A stretch of DNA of 32,000 bases. Source: Pseudomonas aeruginosa. GTDB lineage: Bacteria > Pseudomonadota > Gammaproteobacteria > Pseudomonadales > Pseudomonadaceae. The stretch is taken from NCBI RefSeq assembly GCF_001457615.1, contig NZ_LN831024.1, positions 4,470,001 to 4,502,000 on the forward strand. The letters are read 5' to 3'. How positions within the stretch are numbered: position 1 is the stretch's first letter; each line of letters opens with the position of its first letter. Both the position numbers and the translations under genes were made by a program. The notes beneath the pieces were generated by a model. It saw only the letters and a list, made by a program, of their open reading frames with translations, was not told the DNA's origin and did no database searches. Below are positions 19,941-28,981 of this stretch, one piece after another.

Positions 19941-21269
19941 TCAGGTCCCGGAAAGGCTCCGGTCGAGACTGACGACTCCCGGCGGCAGGCTATCTTCCTG
20001 TACCCGTTGCCGAGGGGCACGCAACATTGCCCGAACCAGAGCCACCAGCACGCCGAACACCAACCCGCCCAGGAGACCCAAGGCCACCACCAAGGCCTTG
20101 CGCGGCTTGATCGGTTTCAGAGGGGTCGAAGCCTTCTGGTCGATCCGCACCAGTTCGATCTTCAGCTCGCTCGCCTTCAGAGTCTTGAGGCGCGCCTGCT
20201 CTCCACGCAGCTTGTCGATGTTTTCGAAGAAACGCTCCTCGCCCTTTCGAGCCTGCAGGTATTGCACTTCACGGTTGTTCTCCAGCTGCTTCAGCTCCTG
20301 CTGGATCTTCGCCACGCGGGGCTCGGTGAAGTCATCGCCCTTGCGTTTGAGCAAGGTATCGCGCTCGGCGGTCAAGGCATCGACACCCATGAAATACAGG
20401 GGTATCTGCTGGTTATTCACCTCGGTGCGGAAAACGCTGCGCGAGCCATCCTGCCCGACCTCTCCCAGTGCGCCCGGGGTCGTCGGCTTGACGATCCCCA
20501 GCCGGGTGGCGATCTGGATAGCCTCGTTGAGCTGCTGGATACGCGAATCGCGCACCATCTTCAGCCGCCCGCGCAACGCCTTGAGCTCATCCTCCAGGCC
20601 GGCCCGCCGGATGCTGTCCGCTTCCAGCAACCGGGCGATCTTGCCCTCCTTGGTAGCCTGGTAACTGGCACGCTTGCCTTCGATATCCTGCTCGAGGAAT
20701 TGCAGGCGACCGTCGATACGTGCCTGGAGGTCGTCCAGGATTCGCTGGCGCTCGTTCTCGATGGTCGACGCGAGCATGCCGTTGAGAATGGCGGCACCAT
20801 CCATGCCCTGGGGATACTGCATGGACAAGCGGAAGAAAGGCGCCGCCTGGGGGTCCTTCTTCAAGTCCGCCTGCTGCATGCTGAAGGCATCCTGGTTGAA
20901 CTTCCAGAAAGCCTGCTCGGGGGACAGGCCCTCGGCGTTCAATTGCTGGAATAGCTCTGGATGGGCTTCGAAATACTCCAGCCTGCCGGAGTAGGCTGCC
21001 AGCTCGTTGCCGACGCGATCCAGCGCTTCCCGCGGAGTCAGGGCATACAGCCCGTTGACATTGACAGCCTCCAGGGCCTTGGTCTGGATCGGCCGCAACA
21101 GGACATCCACCTGGTAGGTTGGAACGGCCAACAGCGCGTAGGCGAGCGCAGCGGCGGTCGCCAAGGCCGCGATCAGCGCTATCAGCCATTTCGACGCCCA
21201 CAATTGCTGGAACAGCTGAACGAGATCGATCTCCGAGGGCGAAGCCCCCGGAAGCTGTGAGGAAGGCAT
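19941..21269 (-). CDS. wzz2: Wzz-type O-antigen chain length regulator (very long chain)
   Basis: 442 aa; EIDLVQLFQQLWASKWLIALIAALATAAALAYALLAVPTYQVDVLLRP N-terminal TM/Wzz motif, long coiled-coil periplasmic region, C-terminal TM PLKPIKPRKALVVALGLLGGLVFGVLVALVR. Confidence 0.9.
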   Translation of the reverse strand: MPSSQLPGASPSEIDLVQLFQQLWASKWLIALIAALATAAALAYALLAVPTYQVDVLLRPIQTKALEAVNVNGLYALTPREALDRVGNELAAYSGRLEYFEAHPELFQQLNAEGLSPEQAFWKFNQDAFSMQQADLKKDPQAAPFFRLSMQYPQGMDGAAILNGMLASTIENERQRILDDLQARIDGRLQFLEQDIEGKRASYQATKEGKIARLLEADSIRRAGLEDELKALRGRLKMVRDSRIQQLNEAIQIATRLGIVKPTTPGALGEVGQDGSRSVFRTEVNNQQIPLYFMGVDALTAERDTLLKRKGDDFTEPRVAKIQQELKQLENNREVQYLQARKGEERFFENIDKLRGEQARLKTLKASELKIELVRIDQKASTPLKPIKPRKALVVALGLLGGLVFGVLVALVRAMLRAPRQRVQEDSLPPGVVSLDRSLSGT

Positions 21270-21411
21270 ACCAACGTCCTTTTCGATAGGCGGCTAGCCC
21301 ACAGATGCACGCAAAGGCAACCGTAGGATATTTCTGAGGAAAGGCATTATGCTATCGAAACGAAATCATCGGTAGTTATTTTAGAACTGCTTCGCATTCC
21401 AGAATTGGTAG

Positions 21412-21435
21412 TTGACCGGCATCCGTACCGGTCAA
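21412..21435. repeat. Inverted repeat downstream of the DUF2058 gene, possible terminator/regulatory hairpin
   Basis: TTGACCGG (21412-21419) ... CCGGTCAA (21428-21435). Confidence 0.5.
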
Positions 21436-21456
21436 GCGACACTCCGGATGCGGGCC

Positions 21457-21996
21457 TCACCACATGAGATCGTCGGGCACCACATAGTCCTTGTAGGGAT
21501 CGTCTTCGTCCGGCTCCTGGCTCTGTACGTTGAGCAGCACCACCCGCCGCGGATCGCGCTCCTGGATCTTCACCGCCGCATCCCGGGGCACGATCTCGTA
21601 GCGTCCGTCATAGCTGACGATAGCCAGGCTGCCTCGGCTCAGCTTGTCGCGGATCAGGTCGTTGACCGCGATCCGCTTGACCTTCTTGGCGTCGACGAAA
21701 TTGTAGTAGTCGTCGCTTTCCAGCTTGGGCAGGCGCGTCCCTTCGATAAGTTGCTTGATCTGCGCGGCCTTGGCCTTCTTCTCGGCTTTTTCCTGCTGCT
21801 GGCGGTTCAATTCCTGGTCGCGCGCCAGCTTTTCCGCCTTGGCCTGCTCCGCCGCCTGGCGCTGGGAGTCGTCCTTGTCGACCTGGTTCTTGTGCTCCAG
21901 ACGCTGCTGTTTCTGTTTCTGCTTGGTGGCCTGCTTGGCCTGTTTCTCATTGACCAGCCCGGCTTTCAGCAACTGGTCACGCAATGACATGCTCAT
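21457..21996 (-). CDS. DUF2058 (YaiL-like) family protein
   Basis: 179 aa; MSMSLRDQLLKAGLVNEKQAKQATKQKQKQQRLEHKNQ...QQQEKAEKKAKAAQIKQLIEGTRLP. Confidence 0.88.
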   Translation of the reverse strand: MSMSLRDQLLKAGLVNEKQAKQATKQKQKQQRLEHKNQVDKDDSQRQAAEQAKAEKLARDQELNRQQQEKAEKKAKAAQIKQLIEGTRLPKLESDDYYNFVDAKKVKRIAVNDLIRDKLSRGSLAIVSYDGRYEIVPRDAAVKIQERDPRRVVLLNVQSQEPDEDDPYKDYVVPDDLMW

Positions 21997-22228
21997 TCGT
22001 CAACGACTCGCTCGCGTGGCACGCCCGGTGGGGTGCGGCATAATCTTCCAGCCGACTGGGGTTCAGCCGGCCCTCGCAGGGGGTATAATCCTCCAGCCTC
22101 AGCCGCCTCAACGCAAGTCTCGGCGGCTCGCAAACTGCCACGCATGCCCTGGAGACCCCTCCCTACCGTCCCGAGCACCCGCAGGCACTCCTCCCGGCCC
22201 CTGATATCGAAGGCATGGAAAGCAAGGC

Positions 22229-23167
22229 ATGAGCGTTTCTCTCCTGGTAAAAGTCACTCTGGTGGGCCTGTTCGTCGCCAGCGTCCTGTTCGTCCATTTC
22301 CGTGGGCGCGCGCGCTTGCCCTTCCTGCGCCAACTGGTCAACCACTCCGCCTGGTTCGCCCCCTACAACTCGCTGATGTACCTGTTCTCCAGCGTTCCCT
22401 CGAAGCCCTATCTGGATCGCAGCCGTTTTCCGGAGCTGGACGAACTGAAGAACAATTGGCAAACCATCCGCGAAGAAGCCCTCAACCTGTTCGACGAGGG
22501 TTATATCCGGGCTGCCCTGAACAATAACGAAGCCGGCTTCGGCTCGTTCTTCAAGAAAGGCTGGAAGCGCTTCTACCTGACCTGGTACGACGGCCCGCTG
22601 CCCTCCGCCCAGCAGCTCTGCCCGAAGACCGTAGAGTTGGTGAGCCGCATCCCCAACGTCAAGGGCGCGATGTTCACCCTGCTTCCCGGCGGCAGCCACC
22701 TGAATCCGCACCGCGACCCCTTCGGCGGCTCGCTGCGCTATCACCTCGGCCTGTCCACGCCGAATTCGGACAACTGCCGCATCTACGTCGACGGCCAGCC
22801 CTACGCGTGGCGGGATGGCGAAGACGTGATGTTCGACGAAACCTTCGTCCACTGGGTGAAGAACGAGACCGAGCAGACCCGGGTGATTCTCTTCTGCGAT
22901 ATCGAGCGGCCGCTCCGCTCCCGCCTGCTGACCCGGCTCAATCGCTGGATAAGCGGCATTCTCGGGCGAGCGACCGCACCGCAGAACGTCGAAGGCGAAC
23001 GCGTCGGCAGCATCAACCAGGCCTACTCGGTCGCCATTCGCGGCGGCAATGCCATCGGCGCCCAGGTGAAGCGCTTCAAACGCGCCTACCCGAAGGCCTA
23101 CCGAATCCTCCGCCCGGTGCTGGCGGTGATCCTGCTGGTCATCCTCTATCGTTGGATCTTCGGCTGA
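22229..23167 (+). CDS. lpxO2: Lipid A hydroxylase LpxO family (Asp/Asn beta-hydroxylase-like dioxygenase)
   Basis: 312 aa; FTLLPGGSHLNPHRDPFGGSLRYHLGLSTPNSDNCRIYVDGQPYAWRDGEDVMFDETFVHWVKNETEQTRVILFCDIERPL: Fe(II)/2OG dioxygenase HxD..H pattern. Confidence 0.9.
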   Translation: MSVSLLVKVTLVGLFVASVLFVHFRGRARLPFLRQLVNHSAWFAPYNSLMYLFSSVPSKPYLDRSRFPELDELKNNWQTIREEALNLFDEGYIRAALNNNEAGFGSFFKKGWKRFYLTWYDGPLPSAQQLCPKTVELVSRIPNVKGAMFTLLPGGSHLNPHRDPFGGSLRYHLGLSTPNSDNCRIYVDGQPYAWRDGEDVMFDETFVHWVKNETEQTRVILFCDIERPLRSRLLTRLNRWISGILGRATAPQNVEGERVGSINQAYSVAIRGGNAIGAQVKRFKRAYPKAYRILRPVLAVILLVILYRWIFG

Positions 23168-23175
23168 TTCAGATG

Positions 23176-23198
23176 CCGTGGCAGCCCGGCTGCCACGG
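23176..23198. terminator. Hairpin between convergent lpxO2 and mazG, probable terminator
   Basis: CCGTGGCAGC-CCG-GCTGCCACGG followed by TAATTTTCCC. Confidence 0.6.
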
Positions 23199-23209
23199 TA
23201 ATTTTCCCA

Positions 23210-24040
23210 TTAACAGCCGGGCGCGCTCCTCTCCGCTTTCTTGGCCTCGCCCCAGAGGCTGTCCAGTTCCTCCAGCGAACACTCTTCGGCTTTCCGGCCG
23301 GCTTCGCGCAGGTTCCGCTCGATGAACCGGAATCGCCGCTCGAACTTGCCGTTGGCCTGGCGCAGAGCAGCCTCCGGATCGACCTTGAGATGCCGGGCCA
23401 GGTTGACCACGACGAACAGCAGGTCGCCAACCTCCTCGCCCACGGCACCCTCGTCACCCTCTGCCATCGCCTCGAGGACTTCGTCCAGCTCCTCGCGAAC
23501 CTTGTCCACCACCGGCAGCGCTTCCGGCCAGTCGAAGCCGACCTGCGCCGCGCGCTTCTGCAGCTTCGCCGCCCGTGACAACGCCGGCAGGGCGACAGGA
23601 ACGTCATCCAGCAGCGACAACTGCTGCGGCTCCTTGGCCTTGGCGGCACGCTCCTCGGCCTTCAGTTCTTCCCAGCGCTGCTTGACCGCCGCTTCGGCCA
23701 GCTTCGCCGCATCGGGCTTGCCATAGAGATCGCCATCGAGGAATACGTGGGGATGTCGACGGATCAGCTTGCGGGTGATGCCGTCCACCACCTCGTCGAA
23801 AGCGAAGCGATCCTCTTCGCGAGCCAACTGGCTGTAATAGACCACCTGGAACAGCAGGTCGCCCAGTTCCTCGCGCAATTGCGGGAAATCCCCCTGCTCT
23901 ATGGCGTCCGCTACTTCGTAGGCTTCTTCCAGGGTGTGCGGGACGATGGTCGCGTAGCTCTGCTGGAGATCCCAGGGGCAGCCGAATTCGGGATCGCGCA
24001 GGCGCGCCATGAGGTGGAGCAGGTCGTTGAGTCGGTACAT
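23210..24040 (-). CDS. mazG: Nucleoside triphosphate pyrophosphohydrolase MazG
   Basis: 276 aa; MYRLNDLLHLMARLRDPEFGCPWDLQQSYATIVPHTLEEAYEVADAIEQGDFPQLREELGDLLFQVVYYSQLARE. Confidence 0.95.
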   Translation of the reverse strand: MYRLNDLLHLMARLRDPEFGCPWDLQQSYATIVPHTLEEAYEVADAIEQGDFPQLREELGDLLFQVVYYSQLAREEDRFAFDEVVDGITRKLIRRHPHVFLDGDLYGKPDAAKLAEAAVKQRWEELKAEERAAKAKEPQQLSLLDDVPVALPALSRAAKLQKRAAQVGFDWPEALPVVDKVREELDEVLEAMAEGDEGAVGEEVGDLLFVVVNLARHLKVDPEAALRQANGKFERRFRFIERNLREAGRKAEECSLEELDSLWGEAKKAERSAPGC

Positions 24041-24094
24041 GGGTATCTCGGGTCTTCAGTGAACGGTCCGGGCATTCTGCCCTTTCCGGAAACG

Positions 24095-24136
24095 AAAAGG
24101 CCACGGGCAGCCTGCGAGCGCCCGTGGCCTGTTTCC
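24095..24136 (-). terminator. Intrinsic terminator downstream of relA
   Basis: GGCCACGGGC (24099-24108) / GCCCGTGGCC (24120-24129) with a T-run on the reverse strand (CCTTTTCGTTT). Confidence 0.75.
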
Positions 24137-24144
24137 ACCTCGCC

Positions 24145-26387
24145 TCAAGGCGTACGGTTGCGCCGCGCCTCGATGATGTTGGGCAGTTGCGAGACGCGCG
24201 CCAGCAGGCGTCCAAGAGCGTCCAGACCGGGAATCTCGATGGTCAGTTGCATGGTCGCGGTGTTGTCTTCCTTGTTCGAACGGGTATTCACCGCCAGAAC
24301 GTTGATCCGCTCATTGAGCAGCACCTGGGACACGTCGCGCAACAGGCCGGAACGATCATAGGCACGGATCGCGATATCCACCGGATAGGTGCGAACCGGC
24401 TCCGGCCCCCAACTGACCTGGATCATCCGCTCCGGTTCGCGTCCCGCCAGTTGCAGCGCGGTGGCGCAATCCTGGCGGTGGATGGTGACCCCACGGCCCA
24501 GCGTGATGTAGCCGACGATGGGATCTCCCGGCAGCGGCTGGCAGCAGCCGGCCATCTGCGTCAGGAGATTGCCGACACCCTGGATCTGCACGTCGCCGCG
24601 CTTGCCGTGGCCGATCTTGCTCGGCTTGCGCGGGATCAGTTCGAGTTGCTCGCTGTCGCGGTCCGGCTCGACCAGTTGCTGGGCATAGTTGACCAGGTGC
24701 GCCAAGCGCAGGTCGCCGGCGCCGAGAGCGGCGAACATATCCTCGGCGGTACGCACGTTGGCCTTCTCCGCCAGCCGGTCGAAATCCACCGGCGGCAGCG
24801 CCAGGCGCGACAGCTCGCGTTCGATCAGGGCCTTGCCGGCAGCGACGTTCTGGTCCCGCGCCTGCAGCTTGAACCAGTGGACGATCTTCGCCCGCGCCCG
24901 GGAGGTGGTGACGTAGCCCAGGTTGCTGTTCAGCCAGTCGCGGCTCGGACCGCTGTGCTTGCCGGTGATGATCTCGACCTGCTCGCCGGTCTGCAGGCTG
25001 TAGTTCAGCGGCACGATGCGTCCGTTGATCTTCGCCCGCGGCAGTTGTGTCCGACTTCAGTGTGGACCCGATAGGCGAAATCCAGCGGGGTCGCGCCCTT
25101 GGGCAGGTCGATGGCATGGCCGTCGGGAGTGAAGACGTAGACCCTGTCCGGCTCGATATCGACCCGCAGTTGCTCCGCCAGGCCACCGATGTCGCCCAGT
25201 TCCTCGTGCCATTCGAGCACCTGGCGCAGCCAGGAGATCTTTTCCTCGTAATGGTTGGAGCTGGCCTTGACGTCGGTCCCCTTGTAGCGCCAGTGCGCGC
25301 AGACTCCGAGCTCCGCCTCTTCGTGCATGGAGTGGGTACGGATCTGTACTTCCAGCACCTTCCCCTCGGGGCCGATCACTGCGGTATGCAGCGAGCGATA
25401 GCCGTTTTCCTTGGGGTTGGCGATGTAGTCGTCGAACTCCTTGGGAATGTGCCGCCAGAGGGTATGCACGATGCCCAGCGCGGTGTAGCAGTCGCGCATC
25501 TCCGGAACGAGCACGCGCACGGCGCGAACGTCGTAGATCTGGCTGAAGTCCAGGCCCTTGCGCTGCATCTTGCGCCAGATCGAATAGATGTGTTTCGCCC
25601 GTCCGCTGAGATCGGCCTGTACGCCGGTGGCCGCGAGAGCTTCCTTCAACTGGCTCATCACGTTGGCGATGTACTGCTCGCGATCCAGCCGGCGCTCGTG
25701 CAGCAGCTTGGCGATCTGCTTGTACTGGTCGGGCTCGAGGTAGCGGAAGGACAGGTCCTCCAGCTCCCACTTGATATGCCCGATGCCCAGGCGGTGGGCC
25801 AGCGGCGCGTAGATATCGAAGACTTCCCGGGCGACGCGGTGGCGCTTTTCCTCGTCGGCGTTCTTCACCGCGCGAATGGCGCAGGTGCGCTCGGCCAGCT
25901 TGATCAGGGCGACGCGAACGTCGTCGACCATCGCCACCAGCATCTTGCGCAGGTTCTCCACCTGCGCCTGGGTACCCAGCACCATGGAATGGCGCGGATT
26001 GAGGCTGGCGCTGATCGCGGCCATGCGCAGCACGCCCTCGATCAGCTTGGCCACCACCGGCCCGAAATGCTTGTTGACCGCTTCCAGGGTGATCTTGCCT
26101 TCCCGCACGCCTCGATAGATGACCGCGGCGACCAGGGACTCCTGATCCAGCTTGAGGTCCGCGAGGATCTCGGCGATTTCCAGTCCGGTCTGGAAGCTGG
26201 ACGTGCCTTCCGCCCAGGAGTTCTGTGCGGCGATCGCTCGCTGCTCGGATTCGCGAGCGAACTCGCAAGCCTCCAGCAAGCCCTGACGATCGAGCCCGGG
26301 GACGAGGTTCTGGACGTGGTCCAGCCAGGCCTCGAGGTTGATACTGCCGTCGGTGTTGACCGGCTGGTGCGCTCTCACCTGTACCAT
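24145..26387 (-). pseudogene. relA: GTP pyrophosphokinase RelA, split by a frameshift
   Basis: ORF 25005..26387 (MVQVRAHQPVNTDGSINLEAWLDHV...RVHTEVGHNCRG) and ORF 24145..25014 (PLNYSLQTGEQVEIITGKHSG...ARRNRTP). Adding one base at the CCC run 25035-25037 joins them through HTEVGHNCRGAKINGRIVPLNYS to give 2244 nt = 747 aa. Confidence 0.95.
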
Positions 26388-26471
26388 CTTGCCTACCCTT
26401 TACCACGGTGCGCGTAGCCCACCGATGACTGCGCCAGCCTTCGAACGGGCTGGTCGGATTACGCAGGCATC

Positions 26472-27830
26472 CTAGCCTGCCTCGAACAAAGCCATGGCCT
26501 CGACATGTGCGGTCTGCGGAAACATATCGAGGATTCCGGCGCGCTTCAGACGATAGCCCTGCCTGGCCATTTCGCCAGCATCGCGCGCCAGGGTCGCCGG
26601 ATTGCAGGATACATAGACTACCCTCCGGGCACCCAGAGAACTCATTTCGCGTACCGCCTCGAACGCGCCGTCGCGCGGCGGATCGAGCAGCACAGCGGTA
26701 AAACCTTGCTCCGCCCAGGGCGCTTCGGCAAGCGCTTTGGACAGGTCGGCCTGGAAAAAGTGCGCGTTGCCAAGGCCATTGGCCAGCGCGTTGGCGCCTG
26801 CCCGCTCGACCATCGCCGCCACGCCCTCCACCCCGACTACCCGCGCCACCCGGCGCGCCAGCGGCAGGGAGAAATTGCCCAGCCCGCAGAACAGGTCGAG
26901 GACCCGCTCGTCGGCGGTCGGCGCCAGCCAGTCAAGGGCCTGGCGGATCATCGACTCGTTCACCGGCGCATTGACCTGGACGAAGTCTCCGGGTCGGTAT
27001 GCCAGAGTCAGTTGCCAGTCACCCAAGGAGTAGCCCAGTTCGGCGGCCGGCTCCACCGGCAAGGGCTGTTCCGCACCTTGCAGCCAGAGCTGGGCCTGGT
27101 GTGCGGAGCAGAAAGCGGCCAGGCGCTGGCGATCCTCGTCGACCAGGGCAGTCGTATGCCGCAACAGCAATGCACTGGCCGTGCCATGGAAGAGCTCCAC
27201 GTGGCCGATGCTTTCCGGCTTGCGGAAGTCCTGCAGAAGAGCAGGCAGGGCACGGGCAATCGTTTGCAAAGGCGGCACCAGGACCAGGCACTCATCGAAG
27301 GCGACGATCTCCTGGCTGGCCGAGGCACGGAAGCCGACATCCAGACGCCGCGCCCTGGCATCCCAGCGCACGGCGATCCGAGCGCGGCGCCGATAGCCGA
27401 ATTCGGGCCCGACCAGAGGGGCGGCCCATTCTTCCGGCTCGATCCCGGCGAAACGCTGCAACTGCTCCTGCAAGGTACGCTGCTTCAGGGTCAACTGCTC
27501 GCCGTGTTCCAGGTGCTGCAGGGTGCAGCCGCCGCAGCGACCCGCTACAGTGCAGGGCTCGCGGCGACGCAGGTCGCTACTGCTGAACAGGCGCTCGCTG
27601 CGCGCGTCGACCACCTTGCTTCGTGCGCCCAGCACCCGGGCCTCAAGTTCCTCGCCAGGCAGCCCGCCGCTGACGAACCAGGTCATCCCCGCCTCGTGGG
27701 CGATACCTCGGCCGTCATGGGCCAGGCGCTCGATGGTCAGGCGCTGCTTCTTGCCTACCGGTATCGCGGGACCGCGCGCACCACCGCTGGGCTGGAAGCG
27801 CAGCCCGCCCTTATTTCTGGCCATGGACAT
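26472..27830 (-). CDS. rlmD: 23S rRNA (uracil-5-)-methyltransferase RlmD (RumA)
   Basis: 452 aa; TRAM domain, Cys cluster [59 protein letters not shown]. Confidence 0.95.
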   Translation of the reverse strand: MSMARNKGGLRFQPSGGARGPAIPVGKKQRLTIERLAHDGRGIAHEAGMTWFVSGGLPGEELEARVLGARSKVVDARSERLFSSSDLRRREPCTVAGRCGGCTLQHLEHGEQLTLKQRTLQEQLQRFAGIEPEEWAAPLVGPEFGYRRRARIAVRWDARARRLDVGFRASASQEIVAFDECLVLVPPLQTIARALPALLQDFRKPESIGHVELFHGTASALLLRHTTALVDEDRQRLAAFCSAHQAQLWLQGAEQPLPVEPAAELGYSLGDWQLTLAYRPGDFVQVNAPVNESMIRQALDWLAPTADERVLDLFCGLGNFSLPLARRVARVVGVEGVAAMVERAGANALANGLGNAHFFQADLSKALAEAPWAEQGFTAVLLDPPRDGAFEAVREMSSLGARRVVYVSCNPATLARDAGEMARQGYRLKRAGILDMFPQTAHVEAMALFEAG

Positions 27831-27832
27831 GC

Positions 27833-28732
27833 TCAGCGCGGGTCATAGACGCCGGAAGACAGGTAGCGGTCGCCGCGGTCGCAGATGATCGCCACCAGCA
27901 CGGCATTCTCCAGTTCGCGGGACAGGCGCAGCATCGCCGCCACCGCCCCACCGGAGGACACGCCGCAGAAGATGCCTTCCTCGCGGGCCAGCCGGCGCAT
28001 GATGTCCTCGGCTTCGTCCTGGTGCATGTCGACGACCCGGTCGACGCGACTGGCGTCATAGATCTTCGGCAGGTATTCCTGCGGCCAGCGTCGGATTCCC
28101 GGGATGGCCGAGCCCTCCATGGGTTGCAGGCCGACGATCTGCACCGCCGGGTTCTGCTCCTTGAGGTAGCGCGAGACGCCCATGATGGTCCCGGTGGTGC
28201 CCATGGAGCTGACGAAATGGGTGATGCTGCCGCCGGTCTGCTGCCAGATTTCCGGGCCGGTGCTGTGGTAATGGGCTTCCGGGTTGTCGCCATTGGCGAA
28301 CTGGTCGAGGACCTTGCCGCGGCCTTCGCGCTGCAGCTTGTCGGCCAGATCGCGCGCGCCCTCCATGCCCTCTTCCTTGCTGACCAGAATGAGCTCGGCG
28401 CCATAGGCGGTCATCGCCGCCTTGCGTTCGGCCGTGGAGTTGTCCGGCATGATCAGGATCATCTTGTAACCCTTGATCGCCGCCGCCATGGCCAGGGCGA
28501 TGCCGGTGTTGCCGGAAGTAGCCTCGATCAGCGTATCGCCGGGGCGGATGTCGCCGCGCAGTTCGGCACGGGTGATCATCGACAGGGCCGGGCGGTCCTT
28601 CACCGATCCCGCCGGGTTGTTGCCTTCGAGCTTCACCAGCAGGGTATTGGAGGTTTCCCCGGGAAGGCGCTGCAGACGCACCAGAGGGGTATTGCCAACG
28701 CAGTCGGCGATAGTCGGGTACTGCACGGTCAT
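27833..28732 (-). CDS. cysM: Cysteine synthase B
   Basis: [53 protein letters not shown] (299 aa), PLP Lys motif GSVKDRP; within ORF 27833..28927. Confidence 0.96.
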   Translation of the reverse strand: MTVQYPTIADCVGNTPLVRLQRLPGETSNTLLVKLEGNNPAGSVKDRPALSMITRAELRGDIRPGDTLIEATSGNTGIALAMAAAIKGYKMILIMPDNSTAERKAAMTAYGAELILVSKEEGMEGARDLADKLQREGRGKVLDQFANGDNPEAHYHSTGPEIWQQTGGSITHFVSSMGTTGTIMGVSRYLKEQNPAVQIVGLQPMEGSAIPGIRRWPQEYLPKIYDASRVDRVVDMHQDEAEDIMRRLAREEGIFCGVSSGGAVAAMLRLSRELENAVLVAIICDRGDRYLSSGVYDPR

Positions 28733-28981
28733 GGAGGCACTCGTTCGGCACTGACGGTAAAGGCTGAGCATGATACCGGGAAACTGGGGCCGGACCCTAG
28801 CACCGCAATATCCGGTCATGCATGCCGATTCAGCCGAAAGACCGCCCGGAACGGCATGCGATGCGATGACCAGAGGCGTCCGAAGAGAAAACCTGGCGTT
28901 GGACAGCCGATGCCTGACCAACGCCAAAGAAAGGTCCGACAGGCGTTGCGCCTGCCGGTGAAAGCGCGTTGGCCGCGGCGA

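Noticed and set aside
19905-20954. 349-aa plus-strand ORF over wzz2
   Set aside because: Antisense shadow; the wzz2 frame has TM and coiled-coil features typical of the family.
25047-26417. 456-aa plus-strand ORF and 449-aa alternate minus ORF over relA
   Set aside because: Both are shadow frames of relA, whose true frame carries the RelA synthetase motifs.
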